DNA of 64,000 bases from Chlorokybus atmophyticus. Taxonomy: Eukaryota > Plantae > Mesostigma and Chlorokybus algae. Below, one piece after another: positions 13,601 to 24,714 of this stretch (positions are counted from its first letter, which is position 1; each line of letters begins with the position of its first letter). The DNA lies in assembly GCA_009103225.1 (NCBI GenBank), contig RHPI01000777.1, positions 124,001 to 188,000 of the forward strand, read 5' to 3'. The notes under the pieces were generated by a model. It was not told the origin of the DNA and ran no database searches. It saw nothing but the letters and a program-made list of their open reading frames with translations. The translations under genes were made by a program, and so were the position numbers.

Positions 13601-14993
13601 GCTCAGCGGCATAGAAGAACAGATTGTTCACATCAGTCCCGCCCTCAACGCCGCCCTCAACGGCGTGTGGATTTTGCAAGTCGGGTTGCTTACGTCTTTG
13701 CCTATGATCGTCGAGTTGGGCATCGAGGTCGGTTTTAGGAAAGCCCTGCTAGACATACTGCAGATGCAGCTGCAGCTTGCGTGGGTGTTCTTCACGCTTG
13801 GCATTGGGACAAAGGCCCACTACTTTGGCCGCACCCTCACGCACGGCGGGGCCAAGTACCGACCCACCGGCCGCGGGTTTGTCGTGCAGCATGAGACTTT
13901 TGCAGAGAACTACCGCATGTACTCGCGCAGCCATTTCACCAAAGCCATCGAGATGCTGCTCATGCTCATCCTCTATGCCATCTTTGGCTTCACTGAAGGA
14001 AAGTACGGCTTGTTGACGTTTGCCATATGGATTCTTGTTGTTGCGTGGCTCTTTGGACCCTTCCTTCTCAACCCTTCGGGCCTTGACTGGCAAAAGTAAG
14101 TGCGTGGGGCTTATATATCCTGTGCGTGTACTTCATAGAGTGCAAGACACAGGTGATTAATCTTTGTTCTTTCTTTGTGGCAGAACCGTGGACGATTACA
14201 AGGACTTTGTTGCTTGGCTGAGTCACAAGGGTGGGTATGGTGTTGCCGCAACCGCGAGCTGGGAGTCATGGTGGGATGAAGAACAGGTTAGTGCATACTC
14301 AATACCAGCGCCATGATGACTGTTTATTGTTGGCCTGTAACTTGGTGTAATTTAATGCTCACATGATGTTAGTGTGGCTGACACGGGTAACTTGTTTTGC
14401 AGGACTACTTCTTCTACACGGGCTGGCGGGGACGCTTGTTTGAGGTGATCCTAAGCTTGCGCTTCTTCGTGTTCCAGTTTGGCATCGCGTACACGCTAAG
14501 CACGGCGCGCACAACGTCGATCGGCATCTATATCGCCTCCTGGATCATGGTGGCAGCGATCCTCATCTCCGTGAAGGTGGTCAACATCTTCCACGCCAAG
14601 TATGGCGGCACGTCAGAGTTCCTCTTCCGTCTGGTGAAGGCCTTCATCTTCTTCGCGGTGGTGGCGGCCGTGATCGCTCTCCTCGCCACGGGGGTGATCA
14701 CCTTTGGCAACATCGGCCACGTGCTCCTCGCCCTCGCTCCAACATTCTGGGGTGTCGTCCTCATTGGCGTGGCCCTCAGGCCATGGATGGAGCGCTTCGG
14801 CGTGTTCAGCGTCATACGCAGCATTGCGCAGGCATATGACACGATTATCGGACTATCAATCCTCCTTTGCATCGCCGTCGTGGCGTGGTTCCCATTCTTT
14901 GGGGAGATGCAGACGCGGCTGCTATTCAACCAAGCCTTCAGCCGAGGCCTGCAGATATCAAGAATCCTGGCTGGCAAGAAGAAGGTGGCTTGA
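7618..14993 (+). CDS. CALS: Callose synthase (1,3-beta-glucan synthase, GT48) with N-terminal Vta1/MIT-like domain; 13 exons
   Basis: Approximate exons: 7618-7890, 8228-8392, 8612-9639, 9745-9998, 10079-10371, 10508-10620, 10696-12007, 12090-12260, 12335-12792, 12879-13061, 13158-14096, 14184-14285, 14403-14993, all GT-AG. Motifs: DPHSRGRQVLQFKTELLQQLE, FGFQSDNVRNQREN, IWGEAANLRFVPECLCYI, NYDDINEFFW, EAKRRLKFFTNS, LTPYYSEDV, LWASYRGQTLARTVRGMMYY, GEGKPENQNH, IDMNQD, REHIFTGSVSSLA, RMHYGHPD, SEDIFAG, QCGKGRDVG, QTRLLFNQAFSRGLQISRILAG. Confidence 0.97.
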
Positions 14994-16237
14994 GTGGGAG
15001 GTTGACTTGTTGTACGTGTGTCAAGTTGAATTGAAACAGTTGCTTGTCTATATGTATTCACAGCTGTGTGCCAGCTTATTCACAGCTGTCTAGGAGTTGT
15101 ACAATAGATTCTTGTTGTGATTGTTGAGGATTGGTTGGGTGAGCAGTATCTTGAATGACAATAAGAGTTGTAGCAACCTTGTGAGTTGCGTGCACGTGTT
15201 GCGCTGTTCTGTTACTGTTCTGCCTGCTTTTGCTTGCGAAAATTGTTTGCTGTTGTTGTTGATGGGAGTTGCTGTCATCTGCATCCCAATGCACAGGTTG
15301 AGGTTTCAACATGATTTGAGCTCACAAAGGATACCTATTGCGACAGCAATGTTCTTACTATTAGGAGAGCTGTTAAAACTTGAGATGGATAGCACTGGTG
15401 TTGGTCATGGAATCCCTGTAACTTACTCTGAACACTTCAATGACGTAGCTCTAAAAGGTGGTGCTGGGTGTAGCTCATTGCAGATGAGGCAGTTTGTTAA
15501 GCACAACATGTCATGTCGTTGCCGCGATCACACAATACACACACACACACGCGCGCGCGCGCGCGCGCGCATGAACGCACGCACGCACGCACACTACTAT
15601 CAATGAATCTCCCCTACAAACCGTCTCTGCTTATACATCAACCACTCACTTGTGGTTGATAAAAGGTCATGCATAAATGCTACCACCCATGGCTACAACC
15701 CCTACCATTCCCTAGTGCCTGCTTGCTCGCTTGCTGTATCGTTATTGCTCCTGTAATTGTCATGTTCATATCCGTCATTTGCACATTCTTGCTACAATTT
15801 TTGCCCATCCATGCAGGAATCGCACTATGCGAGGTTTGCAGCTGGTAGCTTTCACTCCTCGCCATCACGAATTTTACAGTTATACTACACATTGGGATGC
15901 TCTATGCGCTGCGCTCACCTCTGAACTGTGCTGCTATTTGCTGCAGCTGTCGGTCACATGGCTCACATCCGATATAACCCCCAAGCCCAACTTACTGCTG
16001 GCATAAGACTGAACCTCTGCAAGACTTACAGCAACAACCATTCCATTGGACAAACAGGGTCTGGCACCAGAAATGTTTAATCATCAAACCTGTTCCTGCA
16101 AACGTCCCACATGCATTATTGAGATTCGCAAAGCGACTAGTGTACACTACAACAAACGCCACCGTGCAATGTTCGGCAGCCAATACTCTAACCACCTAAC
16201 GGTGTCTGTGTGTCTGCGTGTCTATGTATGTGTGCGA

Positions 16238-19200
16238 CTACTCAATGGCTGCTTCCGGCACAAACCAACCATGGAAGCCATATGGTACGCGCTGCGGGAG
16301 CACAATGCGTGCAACAGGCGCCTCCTCAAACCTCTTCGCATCAATGATGTGCACCTCACTCACTCCTCTCTTCTCATCATGAGCATAGCACACAAGGTAA
16401 CCATCATCTTCCTCCTTCGCTCCTTTGCACTCAACAAACACGGCCTCGGTAGCATACATCCCATCCGCCATGTTGTGTCGGAGTATTGTTGGAGTTTGTG
16501 AAAGCCCATCCGGGCCAAAGTCATACTTGACGAGAGCCTTATTGACCCCAACACCTCTGTTCTCAAGTGCTTTTTTCAGGTCACTCTCAGTGATGTAACC
16601 ATAGCGATGCTTCTTCCCAATGTAACTATCGTTGATCCTGGGGAAGTCGCCCACAACCAACTCCTCACCAGGGAGTGTGAAGTAAGCCTCTTCCACCTCA
16701 CCTGATGACAAGTTGATGCGCCACTCGTACATGCGGGAGATGTTTTGTTTGGCAAAGTTCTCCCCGTCGGGACTTAGCCAAGATTCAAGCCAAGGCTGCA
16801 GGTCTTCCTTCTTGGGAGCGACCAAGTCAATTTGCTCAGCGCGACAACCGCGCAAGATCAACGTGTCCCCATGCTCGAAGGCGTTGAGACCATGAAACAT
16901 GTAGCAGGTGTTCACCTCATACCACCTGCTCAGCATAATAATCAGCGCCACACACACACACATACACACACACACAACCACACAGCTGAACACAGCCACG
17001 CACACGGACAGCGACAGGCAAACATGCATGCCTAGAGACATGTACACGCACATGCACACACGCGCACCCACACAGCAACACACGCACTCTAACTCTAGCC
17101 CTTCTTGCATTGCCAACCCACCTGATATCCTTGTTTGTCCCGTATCGCGGCACCACGCCGATTCTTGCCTTGCGATCCTTCTCAAATTGGATGAACCCGC
17201 CGTCGAACATCTTCTCCGGGCGGATGGTGAGGGGGAAGTCCAGCAGCACCGTGTACTGCGCCGTGATAAAGCAGTCGTGCATCAGCGTGGGCACTGGCAC
17301 GTCAATCGGCGCGCTATGCACCAAGTCACCTGCCATGTGACACACACGTGTTGAGTGACATTATTTGGACCATACACCCGCACTATGTACAACCCAACAT
17401 ACCTGTTGCGGAGAGAACGCCGATGTTGACGAAAGGTGGTGTTGTGCGGCCACCCGCGCCGAAGAACACGAGCTCATTTGTGTCTGGGTCCATCTGTCCA
17501 ACACGTGACGCATGCATGAGACCGCAAGTGGTGTTGCTACTGTTTCGTGGTGAGTGCCTAAAGCACACCTTTGGGTGGGCGGTGAATGGGAAGTCAAGCT
17601 TGCCGTTGAAGGTCTGCTCGCCGACAGTGCTGAGGTCTTCCAGCCTCAACTCGGTTGGTGGTGAACCCTCGTGCAGGGCAAACAACCGGCCTGTACACCC
17701 ACATGCACACATGTCACTCTCCGTGTGTGTATGCCTGTGTGCGCGCGTGTGCTTCTGCACGTGTATGTGCATGTATGCGCTTGCATTGACCCATGTACGC
17801 GCATGTGTGCGTGCGTATGTGCATCCATGTCTGTGTCACTGTCAGTGTCAGCACACTGCTACAAGTCCTGTGACACAACAAGAGCAGCATACACCATGCA
17901 GGTGAGAGGCAGCTTGCGATGCTGCTCTTGTTGTGTCACAGAACTTGTAGCAGTGTGCTGACACTGACAGTGACACAGACATGGATGTCGCAAGCTGCCT
18001 CTCACCTGCATGGTGTATTACGCTCGTGTTCGCAGTGTTCTTGTTGACTGAGCCAATGCGCAGCTGGTTGAGCGCGGCATTAAGAATGAGAGCCAGCGGG
18101 TCGGCGTCCACCACTCCTCTCGTGAGGCGCTTCCCTGCCTTGATCTCCTTCTTCAGAGCCTCCGTCATGACATACCTGTATGAGGGTCACCATAGCGTGT
18201 GTCAGCAATGCAACAACAATGCAAGCGTGTATGCTGATCATGTAGTCATGCACATTAATACATGTCGACATAAATAAGTATACATGCATAAACAGATATA
18301 CACGTACATAACCTCTTGTCATTTGTCAGGAACATGTAGTTGAGGCATTGACACATGTACATGTGCGAATGCCCACATGCACATATGCAGTGGATGTATG
18401 TTTTGACATCAACATGCACACTCGCACCCATGTCGTCCTGTGTCTTGCAGGGTTGTGACATGGATTGACACACAGACAACTGGACATGACCATGGTCGTA
18501 CACACACATCAAACCAACCTGTTCTGGTATGAAGCTCTCCCGCCCCTGACCGACGTCTTATGCAGCATCCCATCGCCTTCAAACCAGTGGTGCGCCGTCT
18601 TCCCCAGGACAGGCAACTCGCTTTGGAGGGGCTCATACATAGGGTTGGGTCCATTGCGCAAGAACGACCCGTTTGGAAAATCCGCCGGGATCTGACCTAT
18701 TGTATAGTGCATATTGTATAATGTTGTGAGTTGTGTTGGGAACCCCGAAAGACCAGCTCACCGGCACACTGTAATGTACTCATTCATCTCTGACCTATCA
18801 CTGGGAGATTGTTGGCTGAGAGCTCCCTTGAAACGGGGCCGAAGTTGCCAGCCAGCACGGGGTTCTCGTGGTGGGGGTCTTGCGTTGGGGTGGGGGGTGG
18901 GATTAGGGTGCCGGGCTCAGCTACGCTACCACTTGTGGGAGCTTGAATTGCGACTACACCTTGTGGCCTCTTCCTTATGCTGCTACGATGAATTGTTATT
19001 GTGGAATGCACTGATGTACGAGTTACAGTGAGTTGTGGTGTGGCGTGAAGTGTACCTGTAGGCGCGTGATGAGATGTGCACTCGCAAATCTGCGTAGTGT
19101 GCTTTGCTGCTGAGTGAGTCTGCAGAACTGATGTTATAGGATATGCAGCGAGGTTTACCTCAAAAACAGCAGCGTGTAAGGCTAAGTTGAGGCAAACCAG

Positions 19201-19882
19201 GGTTAAACATGCAGAAGTTATCAAAGCAGCAAAACACGTGGCACGAGTTCTAGTTAATCTCACCTGTACTTTTGCTTTGTGAGCGTACAGCATTTGTTGT
19301 AGATACTGAGGCCAAGCCGCTGACGATGCTGTGACAAGCAGACAGATAAGAACCGAAATGAGGAGAGTGTTTTGCATAGGAACGCGCGCGATGCCATAGC
19401 CATTATGCCATGCATACACCATCGTCAAGCTTTGTAACACGCATGTGCCATCAAGTGGTCACTTGCGCGCAAGCTGCTAAACTTTTGCTTTTAAAATGAA
19501 GTGAAGCGCCTGTGCATTGACCACAAAAACTCGCAACTGACGGACAAAACAAAAGTAACAACCATGACCAGTGAGGGACTGAACACGCTAGACACAAGCA
19601 AAGAAGGCTGCAGACATAGCGCCAGCTCTTACCCGCTGACAACCGGCGCACAGCAGCGCACAGCCTGCGCGGCCATGACTCACTGCAACAAGTTGTTGCC
19701 GATGACCGCCCCTCAGACACTCGTACACTCACACCTGCTTGAAAGACGCCCGCAAGGAGGTGATGAATGTGTCGTACGTGGTGTCGTGGCGGGCGCGGGG
19801 CCACGCTGGCACGATGAGAGGCGTCCCCCGGATTCAAGTCGACCGTCGACGCACCTATGGGCGGAACCTGTCCAGCGAGCAT
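16238..19882 (-). CDS. CCD: Carotenoid cleavage dioxygenase (RPE65 family, CCD1/CCD4/NCED-like) with a long Ser/Thr/Pro-rich N-terminal extension
   Basis: Approximate exons: 19882-19736, 19056-18793, 18697-18520, 18177-18006, 17690-17569, 17492-17402, 17330-17122, 16926-16238. Motifs: NPVLAGNFGPV, GSFLRNGPNP, HHWFEGDGMLH, NTANTSVIHHAGRLFALHEG, and four Fe-ligand His contexts (FTAHPK, LMHDCFIT, YMFHGLNA, VPYGFHGWF). The start codon is tentative. Confidence 0.93.
17823..18016. repeat. Interlocked inverted repeats (68-bp pair plus 28-bp pair) spanning a CCD exon/intron junction
   Basis: 17823-17890 and 17919-17986 are reverse complements with one mismatch. The spacer 17891-17918 is the exact reverse complement of 17989-18016. 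Confidence 0.95.
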
Positions 19883-20550
19883 CGACCGTCGGTGGTGCTG
19901 GCCTCGGAGTGCTATGGATTAAATCAGCCACACGAAAGCATGGAAAGTTGCTGCATTAGCCTACCACTCATGACCTACCATTGGTAGGCACTCTGTGTGA
20001 CGTTACAACCTACCGGTGATGCAGCATGCATGCTATGCTTGCAAATGCAGTGTGTTGATGGTTTATCACACCAAGCATCCATGCAACCACTGCACCAAGC
20101 ACAGTCGGATACAAGTTATAAACATAATGTTAACGCTGACAATCTACTATACAGCATATCATAATATACCATATACATAGCATCCCATACCTTACCATAC
20201 CATAGCACACTATATATATATGTATATTTATATATATGTATGTATGTATACACACACATATATATACACACACATATTTATAACATACTGTTTGAACATC
20301 GTGGATTATAACCCACACAGTACATTTAATATATTTTAGGTAATGTGATGTCACACAAGTTTATGTTTAAAACACGTACGCATATGAGCATGCATTACTC
20401 TCGTGTAAGCAAGGCTCGATTGCAGGGTATGTCTCGCAGTAGGATTACGTACATTAAAATGCACAAGCGTGGAGAGTAGGTAATGCTGAAGGGCAGCATG
20501 CAAAGTTGCAAAGGAAAAGTAAGGAGCATAGGAGCTGCAGTGCTCGTAGT

Positions 20551-20580
20551 GGTGGGGTGGGGTGGGGTGGGGTGGGGTGG
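20551..20580 (+). repeat. (GGGGT)n tract with G-quadruplex-forming potential
   Basis: Five consecutive GGGG runs, each separated by a single T. Confidence 0.8.
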
Positions 20581-21084
20581 TAGTAGGTGCAGGAGGTAAG
20601 CAGGAGGGGAAAACAAATCGAGTGGTCCTCAACGATTGGTACGAGATAACAGTCATTAAACAAGCTCCTTGCCTAAGGATGCATGTAAACAAGCACACAT
20701 TAGTCATACAAGGGTGTTTGTGCGCAGTTCAAAGTTTTGGCTAAGTAATGCGAGTTTACGTGCTGCAAGCACTCAACAGCCGTGTGCCAATGAATGCCTA
20801 ACAACGGCCAAGGCGGATGTGCAAGGCATGCAAAGTATCGTGTTAATCAAGAGCTGGTGCAGTCCGCAGGCAACGGGGCAGTGGCTTTGCCACAAGGTCA
20901 ACAAGGAGCAGGGCTTGGTAAGGGCAAGGTATACAACCAGGGTGTCATGGTGTTCATTTTTACAAGTTCTGGGCTCTCACAAGGCAGCGTGCATGCACAC
21001 GGTTCGCCTAAGATGATGTGACCTCTCGGAAGTCTTCGGAGTTACGCCGCCGCATCCGTGCCGATCCGTTTACTTGCAACTTAC

Positions 21085-21161
21085 TGCTGACTTTCTCATT
21101 AGGGTTTGCCTAAGAGAGCCGTCAATGTCGGCCGCCGCCATAATCTCTCGCTGCTGATTGG
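21085..21161 (-). promoter_or_regulatory. Promoter/leader-like segment with CCAAT box, telo-box and 5' splice donor, oriented toward CCD
   Basis: On the minus strand: CCAATCAG (21161-21154), AAACCCTAA (21107-21099) and GCA|GTAAGT donor at 21084. Confidence 0.4.
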
Positions 21162-21450
21162 TTCGCATGAGAGGGGCGTCAATGGGTCTTGTCACGCTGG
21201 CTGCCAGTGGGTTGGCCGGGGAAACTGGTTCGAGTGATCCAGATGCTGGGGCATGGGGCACAAGGAGTGCAAGGGAGATGTGCGTGATGAGGGTCATAAC
21301 CGTAACATTATGTTACGTATGCGATGCAATGCATATACATCGTGTGCTTTATGTGCACCATTGAACTCCATTGTATGTGTGTACAAACGATATCATATCG
21401 TATCTGCAAACACATCTTTACAAGGTAGAGATGTGTGTGTAGCTTTCTAT

Positions 21451-21623
21451 TAAGCAAAACGTGCATGTACTTCATATTGTGCTCTAATTACTATGCACAA
21501 GAATTGAATGATCACGCATTGTTGAAGGACACAGTAATAAGCAAAACGTGCATGTACTTCATATTGTGCTCTAATTACTATGCACAAGAATTGAATGATC
21601 ACGCATTGTTGAAGGACACAGTA
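21451..21623. repeat. Perfect tandem duplication, 87-bp unit x2
   Basis: The unit starting TAAGCAAAACGTGCATGTACTTC begins at 21451 and again at 21538. Confidence 0.95.
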
Positions 21624-21750
21624 TTATGTAGCCCCATTAAAGCGTTTTTATAATGCATGTGCCAAGCATTGTATCTAGCAGTATATCACCGATATGATCC
21701 TTGTGCACATTTGTTGGGCTGATCACGTGGAAGATAGTAACATGTACCTT

Positions 21751-22067
21751 TGTAAAGGAGGGGTGCTACCGCCCCTCTAATGCCCTACCCCAACACCGCC
21801 TCCAGCCAGGCTGTCGACCACGCCGCCGCCAGGGGCAATTGCCAGAGCTGAATATCCCCTGGCTACGGCGGCCGCTGCGTTAAGAGTGCCGCCATACAGC
21901 TGATCTCTACACGAGATTTCGTGTCGATATCGGTGTTACAGATAAGTAACACTACATTAGGGCCTTAACGGCCTTAATACGGCTTAAATGGCTGTATATA
22001 CCCGTTGGGACCCTTATATAATTTTAAATAAGGCGGGGAACCTTCATAGAGGTAGCACTCCATTACA
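21751..22067 (-). repeat. 3' LTR (317 bp) with imperfect terminal inverted repeats of about 17-20 bp
   Basis: Begins TGTAAAGGAGGGGTGCTACC and ends GGTAGCACTCCATTACA; aligns to 24712-25062. Confidence 0.9.
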
Positions 22068-22094
22068 ATTCCCCCCACTTAGGTTTCAATGTCC

Positions 22095-24714
22095 TCATTG
22101 AAGGGTTAGCAAAGCCCCACCATGAGCACTGAAAACCAAAGCAGTGAGAGAACCAGGGCCGAAGCGGTAAAGATGTCTGCCAGCACCCTTATACCGTCCG
22201 CGTGTGGACACAGCACTTAAGTACCCCCGAAGCATCTCTTTGCAGTTGGTAAGATTCCTTTCGGGCTCCCACGTGTTGTGCTCAACACCATACCCTTTCC
22301 ATTTCACCAAGTAAGACGGCGCGCGTCCGCGTCGAGGCTTACGGTGACTCAGGATTGCTTCCACCTCATACTAAAAAGTATCTTCGCCATCCACTGCAAC
22401 GGGGGGTGGAGGAGGTTGAACTCGATCGTCAGAACGGTGCGGTTTCAGTACACTCACATGAAACACATTGTGAATGCGTATCAACTTCGGTAAGTTCAAA
22501 CGATACGCGTGAGTGCCGACCCGATCAGTCACTTTGAAAGGGCCTATCCACCGAGGGAAAAACTTGCGGGTACCCACTCCCTCGACGGATATGTTTTTGG
22601 TACCAAAAAGCACCAAACAACCCACATATGTATCGACTTCGGTAAGTTCAAACGATGCGCGTGAGTGCCGACCCGATTAGTCACTTTGGAAGGGCATATC
22701 TAACGAGGGAAAAACTTGCGGGTACCTACTCCCTTGACGGATATGTTGTTAGTACTCAGAAGCACCAAACAACCCACATCGTAGTTGGCCTCTCTACGAT
22801 GCGCATCAGCTTGGGCTTTTTGTCTGTCCTGCGCTGCGCGCAAACAGTCCTTTGCCAACGCTAACCTATCCTGCATGGCCGAAGCCATCTTGCGCGCTGC
22901 AGGTACGTGAGTAATATCCGTAGCGGGCAACTTGGTATTCGTAGAACTTTGTGGATGCACTCCGTAATCTTAAACAAAAGCGGAGTTTCCTGCACACTCT
23001 CTTGCCATGCATTTTTAATCGCGAACTTAACCATTGGAAGATGTACATCCCAACCACTCTGGTTCGGACTGACATAATGTCGGATGGTTTCCTCGAACAC
23101 TTGATTGGCGCGTTCAGTCTAACCATCCGTCTGCGGATGATAAGATGTGCTCACGTTTTGTTGATTTTGTAGGAAGCTGCATAGCGACTTCCAAAACTGA
23201 GCCACAAATTGCGGATTGCGATCAGACATAAAGTTGTGGGGCAAGCAATGCAACTTGAATACAGACGCATCAAAAACCATCGCTAACTCACGGGAGCCTA
23301 TTTCCGTATGACAAGGGACAATGTGAACCATTTTTATTGAACGGTCCATAAATTGCAGCCGATGTGCGACCTAATGCTGTTTTTAGGAGCTCAGTAATCA
23401 GGAACATCCATACTCACACTTTCCCATTTGCCATCAGGAACAGGCAATGGTCGCAGCAACCCAGCGGGTTTCTGACATAATGGCTTGTCACGTTGACGTT
23501 TGTCACATGTGTCGACATAATGCTGTATGTCAACAGGCAACGATGGCCACCAATACAACTATTGCGCTGCCTTGACAGTCTTGCAATTGCCAAAGTGCCC
23601 AGCGTACGGTGGATCGTGTACATCAGCTATGCATTTCGTACGCAACTCGGCATGGTTGGGTATCACCAAGCTGGTGCCCACGTAATACAAATTGTCTCGT
23701 TTGTCAAGCTTTAGCACGCTCTGAAGACCATAGGTTTGAAGCATACCCGTGCACAACAGCTTGCACACATTCATCGTTTGGAGACAATGTACCGCGCGTC
23801 GCAAGCAATTGCGCACGCATAACTGCCAACAACGACGGACAGCGACTCAGAGCATTAGCAACATTGGTTTTACATGGCCGGTATACCCACTCAAAAGTAA
23901 ACCGGGATAGAAACTTATTCCAGCGAGCTTGCCTACGTGACAAGCTTTGCTGTGTCGAGAAGTACACCAATGGATTCTGATCAGTCACCACTGTGAACTG
24001 AACCCCCTCCAAGTAACATCGCCGTGTTTTCAGAGCCTGTACCATGCCAAGGAACTCTTCTTCAATGGTAGTGTAGTTCACCTCTGCTGGGGATGAACTT
24101 CCTACTCTCATAAGCACATGGTTTGCCATCTTGCAACAGTACTGCACCACACCCAAGAGTGGACGCATTGCTAACCACAATGAAGTGCCTGTCCCAGTTC
24201 GGCAATGCTAACACTGGAGCCAAAGTCAAAGATCGCTTCATCTGTTGCATAGCAGCTTCTTGTTCGGATGTCCACAAGAATGGAGCGTCTTTTGGCAACA
24301 ATTTTGTTCAAGGCACCAGAACCGGTAAATACCCCATCATAAACCTACAAAATTAGTTTGCCAATCCCAAGAATAATCGCAGGTGATGTATATTCTTGAG
24401 TTAAGGCCAATCTTTTACGACTTGCACCTTGCGAGGGTCAGGTTTAACACCCGCACCGCTCATAATGTGCCTCAAGAATGGCAACTCCGTTTTGCAAAAG
24501 TTACACTTTGCAAGATTGGCAAACAAGCGATGTGTACGCAGTAAGGCAAACACCGCTTCTTAGTGCTGCTATGCTCTTTCTCTGTTTTACTGAAGACAAT
24601 AATATCATCCAAGTAATCCATCACATACTTGCCAAGTATGTTACTAAAAACCTCGTTCATTTCCTTCTGAAACACTGCGGGCGCATTCGACAGTTCAATG
24701 ACCAATGCGATCAC
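22095..24714 (-). pseudogene. Degenerate gypsy pol (RT, RNase H, integrase, chromodomain) with many stops and frameshifts
   Basis: LSNAPAVFQ and YLDDIIVFS (about 24604-24615); WDRHFIVVSNASTLGCGAVLLQDGKPCAYES; EEEFLGMVQALK and YRPCKTNVANALSR (RNase H); HDPPYAGHFG (integrase Zn finger); SDRNPQF...STSYHPQTDG (core); EAILSHR...[21 protein letters not shown] (chromodomain, 22364-22220). Confidence 0.93.
22478..22781. repeat. Diverged tandem duplication (about 152-bp unit) inside the integrase C-terminal region
   Basis: GTATC(A/G)ACTTCGGTAAGTTCAAACGAT begins at 22478 and 22630; both copies encode ..NISV.GVGTRKFFPR on the minus strand. Confidence 0.9.

Noticed and set aside
14313-14380. C box plus CTGA in CALS intron 12
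   Set aside because: The CTGA is part of GCTGAC about 23 nt before the acceptor, i.e. the branch point.
21451-21623. CRISPR-like or coding repeat (ORF 21435-21653)
   Set aside because: Only two adjacent identical 87-bp units with no spacers. No CRISPR array, tRNA or rRNA was recognised anywhere in the window.
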